Positions 1-13,328 of a stretch of 36,146 nt of DNA are shown piece by piece. This DNA comes from Verrucomicrobiota bacterium (GTDB lineage Bacteria; Verrucomicrobiota; Verrucomicrobiia; Limisphaerales; CANJSG01): positions 1 to 36,146 of the forward strand of contig JBBQXJ010000046.1 in assembly GCA_038209745.1 (NCBI GenBank), written 5' to 3'. How positions within the stretch are numbered: position 1 is the stretch's first letter; each line of letters begins with the position of its first letter. A model generated the notes under the pieces. It saw only the letters and a list, made by a program, of their open reading frames with translations. It was not told the origin of the DNA and did no database searches. A program made the translations under genes and the position numbers.

Positions 1-305
1 CGATCCCGGATGCCACGCTCGCTCGGCGCAAGCTACGCGCCTGGTGCCGCTGGGTGCGCTGGATTGCGGGCCGGCATCCGCCCGCGCTGTTCGCCGCCAT
101 GGTGAAAACCGCGAAGATGATCGAGCGGCACCTCGGGGGAGTCATGGCGCATTGGTTGCGCCGCACGACCAACGCCTTCCTGGAAGGCCTCAACAGCGTC
201 TTCTCCGCCGTCAAGCGCAAGGCCCGCGGCTTCCGCTCCACCAAGAACCTCATCACCATGCTCTACTTCACCGCCGGCCGCCTCGACCTACCCTCCACCC
301 ACTGA
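1..305 (+). CDS. ISL3-family transposase, C-terminal part (runs off left edge)
   Basis: Frame open from nt 3 to TGA 303-305; TTNAFLEGLNSVFSAVKRKARGFRS matches the ISL3 C-terminal TNA..EG.N....IKR.A.GFR motif. Confidence 0.9.
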   Translation, partial: IPDATLARRKLRAWCRWVRWIAGRHPPALFAAMVKTAKMIERHLGGVMAHWLRRTTNAFLEGLNSVFSAVKRKARGFRSTKNLITMLYFTAGRLDLPSTH

Positions 306-320
306 AAACAGCGAGGAACC
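294..320 (+). mobile_element. Right terminal inverted repeat of the ISL3 element
   Basis: TCCACCCACTGAAAACAGCGAGGAACC overlaps the transposase stop; its reverse complement begins GGTTCCTCG, an ISL3-like GG terminus. A near-identical inverted copy is at 35657-35683. Confidence 0.75.
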
Positions 321-808
321 ACAGTTGTCTCCCGAAAACGGCCCAAGCGAAAGCCTGGGTCTCCAAATTGAAAGCGGCGTCTGCGGGGGGCGACTTTCCG
401 GACACAACGGTGCTCGGCCCAAGTCCGACCGACGCATTGGGATGGATGGTCAAAGCCCTCGTGGCCGACGGCGAGATTCATCCGGAAGAATGGGTGGCGG
501 CGCTTCAGGTCGCCAGCCCGGCAGGAGTGGACGTGCCGTAGGCGATGGTCGACGGCCTGATCCAAGTGGCGGTTCGCGGTGAACTCGATGCGCCCCGTCC
601 TCCGGATGCGGCTTCCGGTCGGGCTTGGCTGGAGCCCATGGCGGATGTGGCGTGGGTCGATGGAGTCGTCAAACCGGCGGAGGCGGAGGCGGAGGCTCTC
701 ACGGAATTGGGCTCGTCCCTCGGCTACGTCCGGGCGGACAGGATGATCCTGATGAACAAGCGACGCGTGCGGCATTTCCAGCACGAGAAGCCTCCAGGCC
801 CCGGGTGA
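321..808 (+). pseudogene. TerB-like (tellurite resistance/DjlA N-terminal type) tandem-domain protein remnant
   Basis: Two TerB-like motifs (ALVADGEIHPEE; VAWVDGVVKPAE) in one frame, split by in-frame TAG at 539-541; no start of its own after the IS end. Confidence 0.6.
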
Positions 809-1010
809 TCGGCGGGCTTCTGGACCCTTCCTGCGGTCTGCTTCATTGAATTCAAATCATTCAGTCGCCCGATTGATGGCCGCGACGCAGGGGACTAAAT
901 CTTCGTTTGAACTGGATTCGAGGAATCACCGGAAACACGGCTCACGCATGGGGCGAATGTCGAGAGGCCTTGCGCGCGGCGCGCGGCTGCGGCGCTCGAC
1001 AGGCACAACG

Positions 1011-1041
1011 AAAAAGGCCGGGCTGTTTCAGCCCGGCCTTT
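1011..1041 (-). terminator. Rho-independent terminator after gyrA
   Basis: 13-bp inverted repeat AAAGGCCGGGCTG-TTT-CAGCCCGGCCTTT (1013-1041) with a T-run on the minus strand, 15 nt past the gyrA stop. Confidence 0.85.
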
Positions 1042-1056
1042 GATCGTTGCAACGTA

Positions 1057-3684
1057 TTATTCCAGGGGCAGGACGCCTTCGCCGGTCGCTTCGTCTTCCT
1101 GGTTTTCAGAAATGACGGGGGCGATGGCCTGGAGCTTGTCGTTGTCGGCCAGGTTGATGAGCTTCACCCCCTGGGTGTTGCGGCCGGCTTCCCGGATGGC
1201 CTTCACTCCGGTGCGGACCATCTGGCCACCATTGGTTATGAGCATGATCTCGTCGGTGTCACGCACGGTGAGGGCGCCGACCACGTTGCCGGTCTTGTCG
1301 CCGGTCTTCATGGTGATGATGCCCTTTCCGCCGCGGCTTTGGACGCGGTATTCGTCGAAACCGGTGCGCTTGCCGATGCCGTTCTCGCCGGCCACCAGCA
1401 GGGTGGTGTCGGCGACGACGATGGCGCAGGCGACGACGGCGTCCGACTTCTCCAACGCGATGCCCCTCACGCCGGCGGCGTTGCGGCCCATCGAGCGGAC
1501 CTGGTCCTCATGGAAGCGGATGCTCTGTCCTTCTTTGGTGATCAGCACGACGTCGTCGTTGCCGCCGGTGAGCTTCACTTCCTTGAGGTCGTCGCCCTGT
1601 TCCAGGGTGATGGCGATGATGCCGCCCTTGCGGACGTTCTGGAAGTCGCTCAACGCGGTGCGCTTCACGGTGCCCTTGCTGGTGACGAAGAAGAGCTCGT
1701 GCGGCTGCTGCCACGTCTGGTCCTCCTTGTTCGCGCCATAGCTGGCGACGACGCGCACGAGGGTCTCGATCTTCTCCTCGGAACGGAGTTCCAGAAGGTT
1801 GGCGATGGAGCGGCCCTTGGCGGCCCGGCCCATGTCGGGGATCTCGTGCACCCGCTCGACGTAGACCCGGCCGAGGTTCGTGAAGAACATCAGGTAGTCG
1901 TGCGTGCTGCAGGTGAAGAGATGCTCGATGAAGTCGGCGTCCTCGGGTTTCTCGGCTTCCCGGGTGGTCATGCCGATCACACCTTTGCCGCCACGGTGCT
2001 GGGCCCGGTAGCTGGAGACGTTGGTGCGCTTGATCAGGCCGTTGTGGGTGAGGGTGACGATGACGCCCTCGTTCGCGATCAGGTCCTCGATGTTGATCTC
2101 GCCCTCGTCGGGAACGATCTCCGACATCCGCGGCGTGGCGTGCTTGTCCTTGATGGCCTTGAGCTCGTTCTTGATGATGGTGAGGACGCGCAATTCCTTC
2201 GCCAAGATGTCCATCAGGTCTTTGATGACCTTGATCAGCTCGTTGTATTCGCCGGTGATCTTGTCGATTTCAAGACCGGTCAAGCGGTAGAGCTGGAGTT
2301 CGAGAATGGCATCCACTTGGCGCTCGGTCAGGGCCCACTGCCCGTTGACGAGGCGGCCTTCCCGCCGGACGAGGATGCCCCAGCGCTCGACCTGGTCGCG
2401 GGTCCACTCGAAGGCGATTAGCTTGACCTTGGCTTCGTCGCGGTTCTTCGAACTGCGGATGATGCGGATGAACTCGTCGAGGTTCCTCAGCGCGGCGATG
2501 TAGCCTTCCAGCAGTTCGGCCCGGTCCTCGGCTTTGCGCAGCTCGAAGCGGGTCCGGCGCAGGATGACTTCGCGGCGGTGCTCGATGTAGCAGTTGATCA
2601 GCTCCTTGAGATTGAGCGTCTTGGGACGGCCGCGATCGATGGCGAGGACGTTGCAGCTGAAGCTGCCTTCAAGCTGGGTGTGCTTGAACAGGTTGTTGAT
2701 GACGACCTTCGGGACGGCGTCGCGCTTGAGCTCGATGACGAGGCGGGTGTTGTGGTCCGACTCGTTGCGCATGCCCGAGATGTCGGTCAGCACCTTCTCG
2801 TTGACGAGGTCCGCGATGCGTTCTTCGAGCGCCGCGCGGTTCACGTTGTAGGGGATCTCGGTGATGACGAGCTGTTCGCGGTTGCCCTTCATCTGCTCCA
2901 CCCCGACGCGGCCGCGGAGCTTCACGCCGCCACGTCCGGTGTGGAAGTAGTTCTTGATGCCCTCGGTGCCGCAGATGATGCCGCCGGTCGGGAAGTCCGG
3001 ACCTTTGATGAACTTCATCAGCTCCGGAATCGTGATCTCCGGATTGTCGATCTGGGCGCAGATGCCGTCGACGACCTCGCCGAGGTTGTGCGGGGCGATG
3101 TTCGTGGCCATGCCGACCGCGATGCCGGTGCCGCCGTTGACCAGCAGGTTCGGGAAGGCGGCGGGGAAGACGGTGGGCTCGGTCAGACGTTCGTCGTAGT
3201 TCGGGACGAAATCGACGGTGTCCTTTTCCATGTCCGCCATGAGGGCGGTGCCGAGATGCGTCAGGCGCGCCTCGGTATAGCGCATCGCCGCCGGGGGGTC
3301 GTTTTCGATCGAGCCGAAGTTGCCCTTGCCGTCGACCAGCTTCTCGCGCATCGCCCAGGCCTGGGCCATGTGGACGAGCGTCGGGTAGATGACGGCTTCA
3401 CCGTGGGGATGGTAGTTGCCTGAAGTGTCGCCGCAGATCTTGGCGCACTTCATGTGCTTCCGTCCGGGATAGAGCGACAGCTCGCTCATCGCGTAGAGAA
3501 TGCGGCGCTGGGAGGGCTTCAATCCGTCGCGCACGTCGGGCAGGGCGCGCGAGATGATCACCGACATCGAGTAGTCGAGGAACGAGGCCTTGATCTCGTC
3601 GGCGACGTTGATCTTGGCGACCTTTTCGTTCGGCGCGTAGACGGAACCGGGACTCTGGCTGGGGGGGACAATATCGTCTGGCAT
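1057..3684 (-). CDS. gyrA: DNA gyrase subunit A
   Basis: 875 aa; [24 protein letters not shown] (catalytic Tyr), GyrA-box QHRGGKG, pinwheel repeats and acidic tail; adjacent to gyrB. Confidence 0.98.
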   Translation of the reverse strand: MPDDIVPPSQSPGSVYAPNEKVAKINVADEIKASFLDYSMSVIISRALPDVRDGLKPSQRRILYAMSELSLYPGRKHMKCAKICGDTSGNYHPHGEAVIYPTLVHMAQAWAMREKLVDGKGNFGSIENDPPAAMRYTEARLTHLGTALMADMEKDTVDFVPNYDERLTEPTVFPAAFPNLLVNGGTGIAVGMATNIAPHNLGEVVDGICAQIDNPEITIPELMKFIKGPDFPTGGIICGTEGIKNYFHTGRGGVKLRGRVGVEQMKGNREQLVITEIPYNVNRAALEERIADLVNEKVLTDISGMRNESDHNTRLVIELKRDAVPKVVINNLFKHTQLEGSFSCNVLAIDRGRPKTLNLKELINCYIEHRREVILRRTRFELRKAEDRAELLEGYIAALRNLDEFIRIIRSSKNRDEAKVKLIAFEWTRDQVERWGILVRREGRLVNGQWALTERQVDAILELQLYRLTGLEIDKITGEYNELIKVIKDLMDILAKELRVLTIIKNELKAIKDKHATPRMSEIVPDEGEINIEDLIANEGVIVTLTHNGLIKRTNVSSYRAQHRGGKGVIGMTTREAEKPEDADFIEHLFTCSTHDYLMFFTNLGRVYVERVHEIPDMGRAAKGRSIANLLELRSEEKIETLVRVVASYGANKEDQTWQQPHELFFVTSKGTVKRTALSDFQNVRKGGIIAITLEQGDDLKEVKLTGGNDDVVLITKEGQSIRFHEDQVRSMGRNAAGVRGIALEKSDAVVACAIVVADTTLLVAGENGIGKRTGFDEYRVQSRGGKGIITMKTGDKTGNVVGALTVRDTDEIMLITNGGQMVRTGVKAIREAGRNTQGVKLINLADNDKLQAIAPVISENQEDEATGEGVLPLE

Positions 3685-3745
3685 TGTGAAAACTCTGTGG
3701 TTGGACGGGAGCCGTCGGCGGGACGGCCATGGGTCGGTGTTCCGC

Positions 3746-6421
<2,676 letters not shown>

Positions 6422-6431
6422 TTACGGGCCC

Positions 6432-7871
6432 TCAGTCCGACGCCGATTCGGCTCCGCCCAGGGCCTTGTAGACCGCCACGAGCCGGGTGGCAGACCGGGT
6501 CTCGCTGGTCACCACCTGTTCCTGGACCGAAAGAAGCGTCCGCTCGGCGTCCAGCACGCTCAGAAAGTCCGCCACACCGTCCCTGTATCGCTGGCGCGCG
6601 AGCGCCACGGCTTCATCGGCCGCTCGCGCGGATTCCAGAAGGTAGCCCAAGCGGCGGCGTTCCCGATCAAGCGCCACCAGACTGTCCTCCGCCTCTTCCA
6701 GGGCGAGAAGAACGGTTTTTTCATAGACCGCGAGCGCGGCCTCGGTCCGGGCATCCGCCGCGCGGATGTGTTGGCGGACCCGTCCGAGGTCCAGCGCGGC
6801 CCATGAGAGGTGCGGGCCGAAGCCCCAGGTCTCGGTCCCGGAATCGCTGAAGCCCGAGAGCCGGTTCACTTGGAGCCCGACGGATCCAACGAACGTGACT
6901 GCCGGGAAAAGATCCGCCGTCTGGGCCCCGATCCGGGCATTGGCGGCCGCCAACGAACGCTCGGCCGCGCGAACGTCCGGCCGATGACGCAGAAGATCGC
7001 CGGGATTCCCGATGGATAGAATCGACGGGCCCTGGGGAAGCGGAGCGTTCGGCGCCAGCTCCGCCCGTAAAGCGCTCGGGAGTTGGCCGCACAGGACAGC
7101 GATGCGATTGAAGCCCTGCTCGATCGCCGCTTCGAGCGGGGGAATGGCCGCCAGTGTCGTGTTCAGCTGGGCGCGGGCCCGGGCAACGTCGAACTGGGTG
7201 CCTTGGCCGCCATCGCGCAGGGTCTCGGCGAGCTTCAGGGTTTCGGTCTGGTTGGTCGCGTTCTGGAGCGCCACGGAGAGCTGGGCCTGGGCCCCGCGCA
7301 ATTCGAGATAGCTCGCCGCGACCTCGGCCCGGACGACGACCAACACGTCGTCTCGATTCGCCCGGACGGCTTCCACGGTGGCGCGAGCGGCTTCGACATT
7401 GCGTCGGACGCGGCCCCAGAGATCCAGCTCCCAGGTGGCGTCGAAGCCCACTTGGTAGACTTCGTTGTGCCGGCCATCGCGGGTCACCGCGGGTTTGGTG
7501 GCGATGCTGGCCTGGGTGTTCTCGTAGAAGTTGTCGCTGGTGACGGTCGGCGCGAAGTCGAACCGGGCCGCCGTCCAGAGGGCGCGGGCTTCATGCAGCC
7601 GGGCGCTGGCGATTCTCAGGTCGTGGTTGTTGGTCGAGGCCAGCGTGACGAGACGCTCCAGCTCGGAGTCGTTGAAGCCGCGCCACCAGTTCGTCTCGAT
7701 GGCCGTGGTCCGGCCGACGGAGCCGTGGGTAAACGCAGCCGGTTCCGGCGTGGCCGGCCGTTGGTAGTCGGGCCCCGCGGCGCAGCCCGAGGCGAGCACG
7801 ACGACCCCTGCCACGAGAGGACCCAGGCCACGGCGGCGGATTGCTTGGCAGGATCGGATCAGATTCATCAT
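6432..7871 (-). CDS. Outer membrane efflux lipoprotein, NodT/OprN family
   Basis: Lipobox LASGC followed by GPDY; WWRGFND.EL, WELDLWGR, RPDVRAAER motifs; third gene of an RND operon. Confidence 0.93.
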   Translation of the reverse strand: MMNLIRSCQAIRRRGLGPLVAGVVVLASGCAAGPDYQRPATPEPAAFTHGSVGRTTAIETNWWRGFNDSELERLVTLASTNNHDLRIASARLHEARALWTAARFDFAPTVTSDNFYENTQASIATKPAVTRDGRHNEVYQVGFDATWELDLWGRVRRNVEAARATVEAVRANRDDVLVVVRAEVAASYLELRGAQAQLSVALQNATNQTETLKLAETLRDGGQGTQFDVARARAQLNTTLAAIPPLEAAIEQGFNRIAVLCGQLPSALRAELAPNAPLPQGPSILSIGNPGDLLRHRPDVRAAERSLAAANARIGAQTADLFPAVTFVGSVGLQVNRLSGFSDSGTETWGFGPHLSWAALDLGRVRQHIRAADARTEAALAVYEKTVLLALEEAEDSLVALDRERRRLGYLLESARAADEAVALARQRYRDGVADFLSVLDAERTLLSVQEQVVTSETRSATRLVAVYKALGGAESASD

Positions 7872-7872
7872 C

Positions 7873-10800
7873 TCAGGGATGGCTTTCGGGCGTGGGGGAC
7901 GGAGCGGTCACGAAGCGTTTGTGGCGTGCCTGGATGCGGGCGGTCGCGGCGCGGATGGTCAGGTAGAAGACCGGCGTCAACAGGAGGCCGAAGAACGTCA
8001 CGCCGATCATGCCGTAGAAGACGGCGGTGCCCAGCGCGCGGCGCATCTCCGCTCCGGCTCCGCTCGCCAGCACCAGAGGCAACACGCCGAGAATGAAGGC
8101 GAAGCTGGTCATCAGAATCGGCCTGAGGCGCAACCGGCAGGCCTCGACGGCGGCGGCGAAGCGGCCCACTCCGGCTTCCTCGCGTTGCCGGGCGAATTCC
8201 ACGATCAGGATGGCGTTCTTCGCCGCCAAGCCGACCAGCACCACCAGGCCGATCTGGGTGAAGATGTCGTTGTCGCGGCCCGTGAGCCACACACCGCCGA
8301 TGGCGCTGAGCAGACACATCGGCACGATCAGGATGACGGCCAACGGCAGACCCCAGCTCTCGTATTGGGCCGAGAGCACGAGGAAGACGAAGACCACGCA
8401 GAGCGGGAAGATGAAGAAGATCGTGTTGCCCGCGAGGATCTGCTGGTAGGTCAGGTCGGTCCATTCGACCGAGAATCCTTCGGGCAGGCTTTCGCGGCCG
8501 ATCTGTTCCACCCGCTTGATCATGTCGCCGGAACTGACGCCCGGGACCGTGCTGCCGCTGATGTCGGACGAGTAGAAGAGGTTGTAGCGCTGGAGACGAT
8601 CGGCGCCGCCGGACTTCTCCACCTTGGCCAGCGCGCCGATCGGCACCATTTCGCCCTTCGCGTTGCGCGTCTTCAGCTGGGTGACGTTCTCCGGATCGAT
8701 GCGGAACTCCGGATCCGCCTGCGCGTAGACCTGCCAGGTGCGGCCGAAGAGGTTGAAGTCGTTCACATAGACCGAGCCGAGGTAGGTCTGCAGCGTTTCG
8801 CCAATGTCGGCCATGCTCACGCCCATCGTCTTGGCCTTGGCCCGGTCGATGTCCACCTTGTATTGCGGCACGTTCGCCCTGAAACCGGAGATCAGGGAAA
8901 TGAACCGGGGATCTTTCTGGAGGCCGTCGAGCATCCGCCGGGTGGCGCCTTCCAGCGCGGGCAGTCCGGCGTTGTTCAGGTCCTGCACCTGGATCTTGAA
9001 TCCGCCCGCGTTGCCCAAACCGCGCAAGGGCGGCGGCGGCAACACGAGCACGCGTCCTTCGCGCACGACCGAGAGTTTCTTGCGGACGATGGCAAGCAGC
9101 TTTTCGCCGTGCAGATCGGGGGCTTTGCGCTTGTCGAATTCATCCAGCACGAGGAACGCGGCTCCGACGTTCGGCTGGTTGGCCTGGAGGACGGAGGAAT
9201 AGCCCGAGATGCCGAAGGTATGCGCCACGCCGGGAATGGTCTGGGCCATCTCGGTCACCTTGCGCACCACCGCGTCCGTCCGTTCGAACGAGGACGCGTC
9301 GGGCAGCTGGACGACGATGATCAGGTAGCCCATGTCCTGTCCGGGAATGAAGCCGGTCGGCACCTTGGCGAAGGCGAAGATGCCCAGGCCGACGAGGCCG
9401 AGGTAGCCGACGAGGACCACGACCGCCATCCGCAGCAGCCGTCTCACGAGTCCGGCATAGGCGTCGCCGGCGCGGTTGAAGAGCCTGTTGAAGCGCCCGA
9501 AGAACCAGCCGAAGGTGAAATCCAGCAGACGCGTGACCTTGTCCTTCGGGGCGCCGTGTTCCTGCAGCAGCAGGGCACAGAGCGCGGGGCTGAGGGTCAG
9601 GGAATTGAAGGCCGAGATGACGGTGGAAACCGCGATGGTCAGCGCGAACTGCCGGTAGAACTGGCCGGTGATGCCGCTGATGAAGGCCGTCGGCACGAAG
9701 ACCGCGCAGAGCACCAGCGCCACGGCCACCACGGGTCCGGTCACTTCCTTCATGGCTCTGATCGTGGCTTCGCGCGGCTTCAGCCCGGACGCGATGAAGC
9801 GCTCCACGTTCTCCACCACGACGATGGCGTCGTCCACCACGATGCCGATGGCCAGCACCAGGCCGAAGAGCGAGAGGTTGTTCAGCGAAAAGCCGAAGAC
9901 CTTCATCACCGCCAAGGTGCCGATGAGCGACACCGGCACCGCCAACAGCGGGATGATCGAAGCGCGCCACGTTTGAAGAAAGACCACCACGACGATGACG
10001 ACGAGGAGCAAGGCCTCCAACAGGGTGTGGAGCACGGCCTCGACCGACGCCCGGATGAAGCGCGTCGGGTCGTAGTTGATCGAGTAGGCCACGCCGGGAG
10101 GGAAGGACTTCTTGATCTCGGCCAATACGCGATAGACCTCGTCCGAGGTTTCCAGCGCGTTGCTTCCCGGCAGCTGGAAGACGCGCAGCGAGACGGCGTT
10201 TTGACCGTCCATGTAGGTCTTGCTGGCGTAGTCCTTGGCCCCGAGTTCGACCCGGGCCACGTCCTTCACCCGGGTCACCTCGCCATCGGAGCCGGTCTTG
10301 ACGACCACGTCGCCGAATTCATCGGCCGTGAGCAACCGACCCTGGGCCACGAGCGTGTATTGGAAGTCCGTGCCGGACGGAACGGGCGGCTGGCCCAGCG
10401 AGCCGGCCGCGATCTGGAGGTTCTGTTCACGGAGGGCCTTGGTCACGTCGCCGGCGGTGAGGCTGCGCGATGCGAGTTTCTCAGGGTTCAGCCAGATCCG
10501 CATGGTGAAGTCCTGGCCGCCGAGCGAATTGGCATCGGCCACACCTTTGATGCGGGAGATGCGGTCCCGGACCTGGAGCGTGACGAAATTCGCCAGATAG
10601 GTGACGTCGCGCGAGCCGTCGGGACTGTAGAACTGCGCGGCCAATGTGAGATCGGGCGACTGTTTGCGGGCGGTGATGCCTTGGCGGCGGACGTCCTCGG
10701 GCAAGCGGGGCAGGGCGGAATTGACGCGGTTCTGCACCAGCACCTGGGCTTGGTCCAAATCGGTGCCCAGCTCGAAGGTGATCGTGATCTGCACCTTGCC

Positions 10801-11061
10801 GTCGCTCGTGCTGGAGGACGACATGTAGAGCATCCGTTCGACGCCGTTGATTTCCTGTTCCAGCGGCGTGGAAACCGTCTCCGCCAAGGTCTTGGCGTCC
10901 GCGCCGGGATACGCGGCCGAAACGATGACGGTGGGCGGTGCGACCTCGGGATATTGCGCGATCGGCAATTGGACCAGGGCCAGTCCCCCGAGCAGCGTGA
11001 TCACGATGCTCAGGACCGCCGCGAAGATCGGCCGGTCCACGAAGAAACGCGGCAGGTTCAT
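7873..11061 (-). CDS. RND (HAE1) multidrug efflux permease, MexF/BpeF-like
   Basis: 1062 aa; FFVDRPIFA, QYPEVAPP, GIVVDDAIVVVEN, KNAILIVEF, RLRPILMT proton-relay motifs. Confidence 0.96.
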   Translation of the reverse strand: MNLPRFFVDRPIFAAVLSIVITLLGGLALVQLPIAQYPEVAPPTVIVSAAYPGADAKTLAETVSTPLEQEINGVERMLYMSSSSTSDGKVQITITFELGTDLDQAQVLVQNRVNSALPRLPEDVRRQGITARKQSPDLTLAAQFYSPDGSRDVTYLANFVTLQVRDRISRIKGVADANSLGGQDFTMRIWLNPEKLASRSLTAGDVTKALREQNLQIAAGSLGQPPVPSGTDFQYTLVAQGRLLTADEFGDVVVKTGSDGEVTRVKDVARVELGAKDYASKTYMDGQNAVSLRVFQLPGSNALETSDEVYRVLAEIKKSFPPGVAYSINYDPTRFIRASVEAVLHTLLEALLLVVIVVVVFLQTWRASIIPLLAVPVSLIGTLAVMKVFGFSLNNLSLFGLVLAIGIVVDDAIVVVENVERFIASGLKPREATIRAMKEVTGPVVAVALVLCAVFVPTAFISGITGQFYRQFALTIAVSTVISAFNSLTLSPALCALLLQEHGAPKDKVTRLLDFTFGWFFGRFNRLFNRAGDAYAGLVRRLLRMAVVVLVGYLGLVGLGIFAFAKVPTGFIPGQDMGYLIIVVQLPDASSFERTDAVVRKVTEMAQTIPGVAHTFGISGYSSVLQANQPNVGAAFLVLDEFDKRKAPDLHGEKLLAIVRKKLSVVREGRVLVLPPPPLRGLGNAGGFKIQVQDLNNAGLPALEGATRRMLDGLQKDPRFISLISGFRANVPQYKVDIDRAKAKTMGVSMADIGETLQTYLGSVYVNDFNLFGRTWQVYAQADPEFRIDPENVTQLKTRNAKGEMVPIGALAKVEKSGGADRLQRYNLFYSSDISGSTVPGVSSGDMIKRVEQIGRESLPEGFSVEWTDLTYQQILAGNTIFFIFPLCVVFVFLVLSAQYESWGLPLAVILIVPMCLLSAIGGVWLTGRDNDIFTQIGLVVLVGLAAKNAILIVEFARQREEAGVGRFAAAVEACRLRLRPILMTSFAFILGVLPLVLASGAGAEMRRALGTAVFYGMIGVTFFGLLLTPVFYLTIRAATARIQARHKRFVTAPSPTPESHP

Positions 11062-12233
11062 GGCTTGGCGGCTTTGGTGGACGAGTTGGTCGAGGCCATC
11101 GGGACGAGTTGCGGCGTCACGACGGTTCCCGGTCGGACCGACATGAGGCCGTCGACGACGACCCGGTCTCCCGCGGCGAGGCCCGTGCGGATGACGCGCA
11201 GGCCGTCGACCATGGGACCCGTCTTTACCGCGCGGTAGGAGGCGAGATTCTTGTCGTCGAGGGTCACCAGGAACGATCTGCCCTGGTCGCTGCCCAAGGC
11301 GTTGTCGCGGACCAGCACGGCCTGATATTCCCCATCACCGGGAATCCGGACGCGGGCGAAGAAACCGGGGGACATCAGCCGGTCCTTGTTCTCGAACACG
11401 GCCCGGGCGCGGATGGTGCCGGTGGCGGGATCGAGTTGGTTGTCGACGAAGTCGATCGTGCCCTTGTGCGGATACCCGGACTCGTTCCCGAGCGCCATCT
11501 CGGCCGGAATTTGGTCGAACAATGCGCTGACACGGCGGCCTTCGCGGAACAGCTGTCGATACTTCAGCGCCGAGGCTTCATCGACCTGGAGGTAGCAGTA
11601 GATCGGGTCGAGCGAAACGACGGTGGTCAGCAACGTGGTGGCGGCCGTGCTGCCGCCGGTGACGAGATTGCCGGCGGTGACCCGGGCATTGCTGATGCGG
11701 CCGGCGATCGGGGAACGGACTTCGGTGAACTCAAGGTCCAGCTCCGCGGCTTTCAGGGCTGCATCGGCCGAGTTGACCGCTTCGGCGGCCCCGGCCGCGC
11801 TCATCAACCGGGTCTGGTAGGTGTCGGTCGAAATGGCCTTGGAAGCGGCGAGGCTTTCACCCCGTTTGGCTTCGCCCTCGGCCAGTTCGGCGCGGGCCTT
11901 GGCGGCCCCGCGGTCCGCGCGGGCCCGGTCGACGATCGCCTGGTAGGGGCGGCGGTCGATGGTGAAGAGCAAGTCGCCCGCCTTCACGTCGCCGCCTTCC
12001 TTGAAGTGGACCTTGTCGATGTAGCCGGAAACGCGTGCCCGGATCTCGACCATCTCGGGGGAGACGAGGCGTCCGGTGAACTCGTCCCATTCGTTGACGG
12101 AGCGGGGAACGGGGTTCGCCACCGATACGGTCGGTGAGGAAGGTCGTGCCGGAGCGGCCGCCGGTCGACCACAGCCGGAGAACGCGGCGGCCAACAGTGC
12201 TGCCAGAACGGCAGCCAAGTGATGTGTCTTCAT
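11058..12233 (-). CDS. RND periplasmic adaptor (membrane fusion protein), MexE-like
   Basis: Lipobox FSGC; WDEFTGRL, RARVSGY, SPIAGRIS, FVDNQLDP; 4-nt overlap with the RND start. Start taken at ATG 12233. Confidence 0.94.
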   Translation of the reverse strand: MKTHHLAAVLAALLAAAFSGCGRPAAAPARPSSPTVSVANPVPRSVNEWDEFTGRLVSPEMVEIRARVSGYIDKVHFKEGGDVKAGDLLFTIDRRPYQAIVDRARADRGAAKARAELAEGEAKRGESLAASKAISTDTYQTRLMSAAGAAEAVNSADAALKAAELDLEFTEVRSPIAGRISNARVTAGNLVTGGSTAATTLLTTVVSLDPIYCYLQVDEASALKYRQLFREGRRVSALFDQIPAEMALGNESGYPHKGTIDFVDNQLDPATGTIRARAVFENKDRLMSPGFFARVRIPGDGEYQAVLVRDNALGSDQGRSFLVTLDDKNLASYRAVKTGPMVDGLRVIRTGLAAGDRVVVDGLMSVRPGTVVTPQLVPMASTNSSTKAAKP

Positions 12234-12304
12234 TGGGGGGCCGGCGCGGACGCCGGAGCAAAGCGGATTGTTGCTCCGTTTTGCTCTTTGCATAGGCGTG
12301 ATCT

Positions 12305-12331
12305 GGAATATCGGTTATTCCGTTTGTGCAT
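12305..12331. promoter_or_regulatory. Candidate LysR-type binding site in the divergent promoter
   Basis: GGAATA-N5-TATTCC palindrome (12305-12321) and a T-N11-A box ATTC-N7-GCAT (12317-12331) overlapping the LysR start codon. Confidence 0.4.
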
Positions 12332-13283
12332 GACGGGTCTCGAAGATTTGCGCCTCTTGCGGGCGTTTGTGCGGATCGCGGAGAGCGGAAGCATCTCCGC
12401 GGCGGCGCGGGTGCTGAACACCACCCAGCCCACGCTCAGCCGGCAACTCAGTCTGCTGGAGCGCACGGCCGGCGTGGTGCTGGTCCGCCGCGACACGCAT
12501 TCCATGAGCCTGACCGACGCCGGCCGCGCGTTGTTGTTGGATGCGCGGGAGTTGTTGGGTTTGGCGGAATCCGCTAGCCAACGGCTGCGTGCCGAGAAGG
12601 AGATTCCTCGCGGACACCTGCGGCTCGTGGCGGTGCTGGACTTCGGCCAATGGATGGTTCCCCGGCTGCTCGCCGGATTCCGCGGGCTGCACCCCGAGAT
12701 CACCGCCGAGCTGCATCTGATCAATCGCCCCAGCAAGTTCATCGAGGAAGGCTTTGACTGCGGGATCTTGGCCGGAGGCTTGACCGATACCTCCGTGGCG
12801 GCGCGCAAGGTGGCGGATCTCCGGCGGATGTTGGTGGCGTCGCCGGCGCTGTTGAAGAAGCTGGGGATTCCCGGCAGGCCCGTCGATCTGAAGAACTGGC
12901 CCTGGATGGGCGTGCTCCAGCCCCACTTCTATTCCCGGGACAACGTGGTCTTGATGCGCGGCAAGGAGCGCCAGACCCTCCGCTTCGAACCGGCGCTGAT
13001 CCTCGACAGCATGACGGCGCTGCGAGAAGCCGCCATTCTCGGAGCCGGCGTCACGGTCCAACCGGAATGGCTGGTCGGAGACGCTTTGGCCAATGGAAGC
13101 CTCGTTCGAATCTTGCCCGACTGGGACCTGCCGACCGTCGAATCCCACGTCGTCTTCACCGCCGGCCGACATCTGCCGCTGCGCGTGCGGACCTTCGTGG
13201 ATTTCGCCGCCGTGAAGATTCCCGAGCTGCTCGACCAGATGATCCATCCCGCGCTGAAGAACGGGCGCGGATTGGTTTCGTGA
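12330..13283 (+). CDS. LysR-family transcriptional regulator (CrgA-like substrate domain)
   Basis: HTH FVRIAESGSISAAARVLNTTQPTLSRQLSLLE..G..L..R; EEGFD, LVRILPDW; divergent from the efflux operon. Confidence 0.95.
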   Translation: MTGLEDLRLLRAFVRIAESGSISAAARVLNTTQPTLSRQLSLLERTAGVVLVRRDTHSMSLTDAGRALLLDARELLGLAESASQRLRAEKEIPRGHLRLVAVLDFGQWMVPRLLAGFRGLHPEITAELHLINRPSKFIEEGFDCGILAGGLTDTSVAARKVADLRRMLVASPALLKKLGIPGRPVDLKNWPWMGVLQPHFYSRDNVVLMRGKERQTLRFEPALILDSMTALREAAILGAGVTVQPEWLVGDALANGSLVRILPDWDLPTVESHVVFTAGRHLPLRVRTFVDFAAVKIPELLDQMIHPALKNGRGLVS

Positions 13284-13328
13284 CGGCGGGTATTGCCCGC
13301 CGCGCTCATTGCCCGCCACCATGCCGGC

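Noticed and set aside
7879..11238. 1119-aa plus-strand ORF (likewise 907-2421, 3686-4624, 31794-35030, and 20051-21922 on the minus strand)
   Set aside because: Antisense shadows of well-supported genes in GC-rich DNA; no recognisable motifs.
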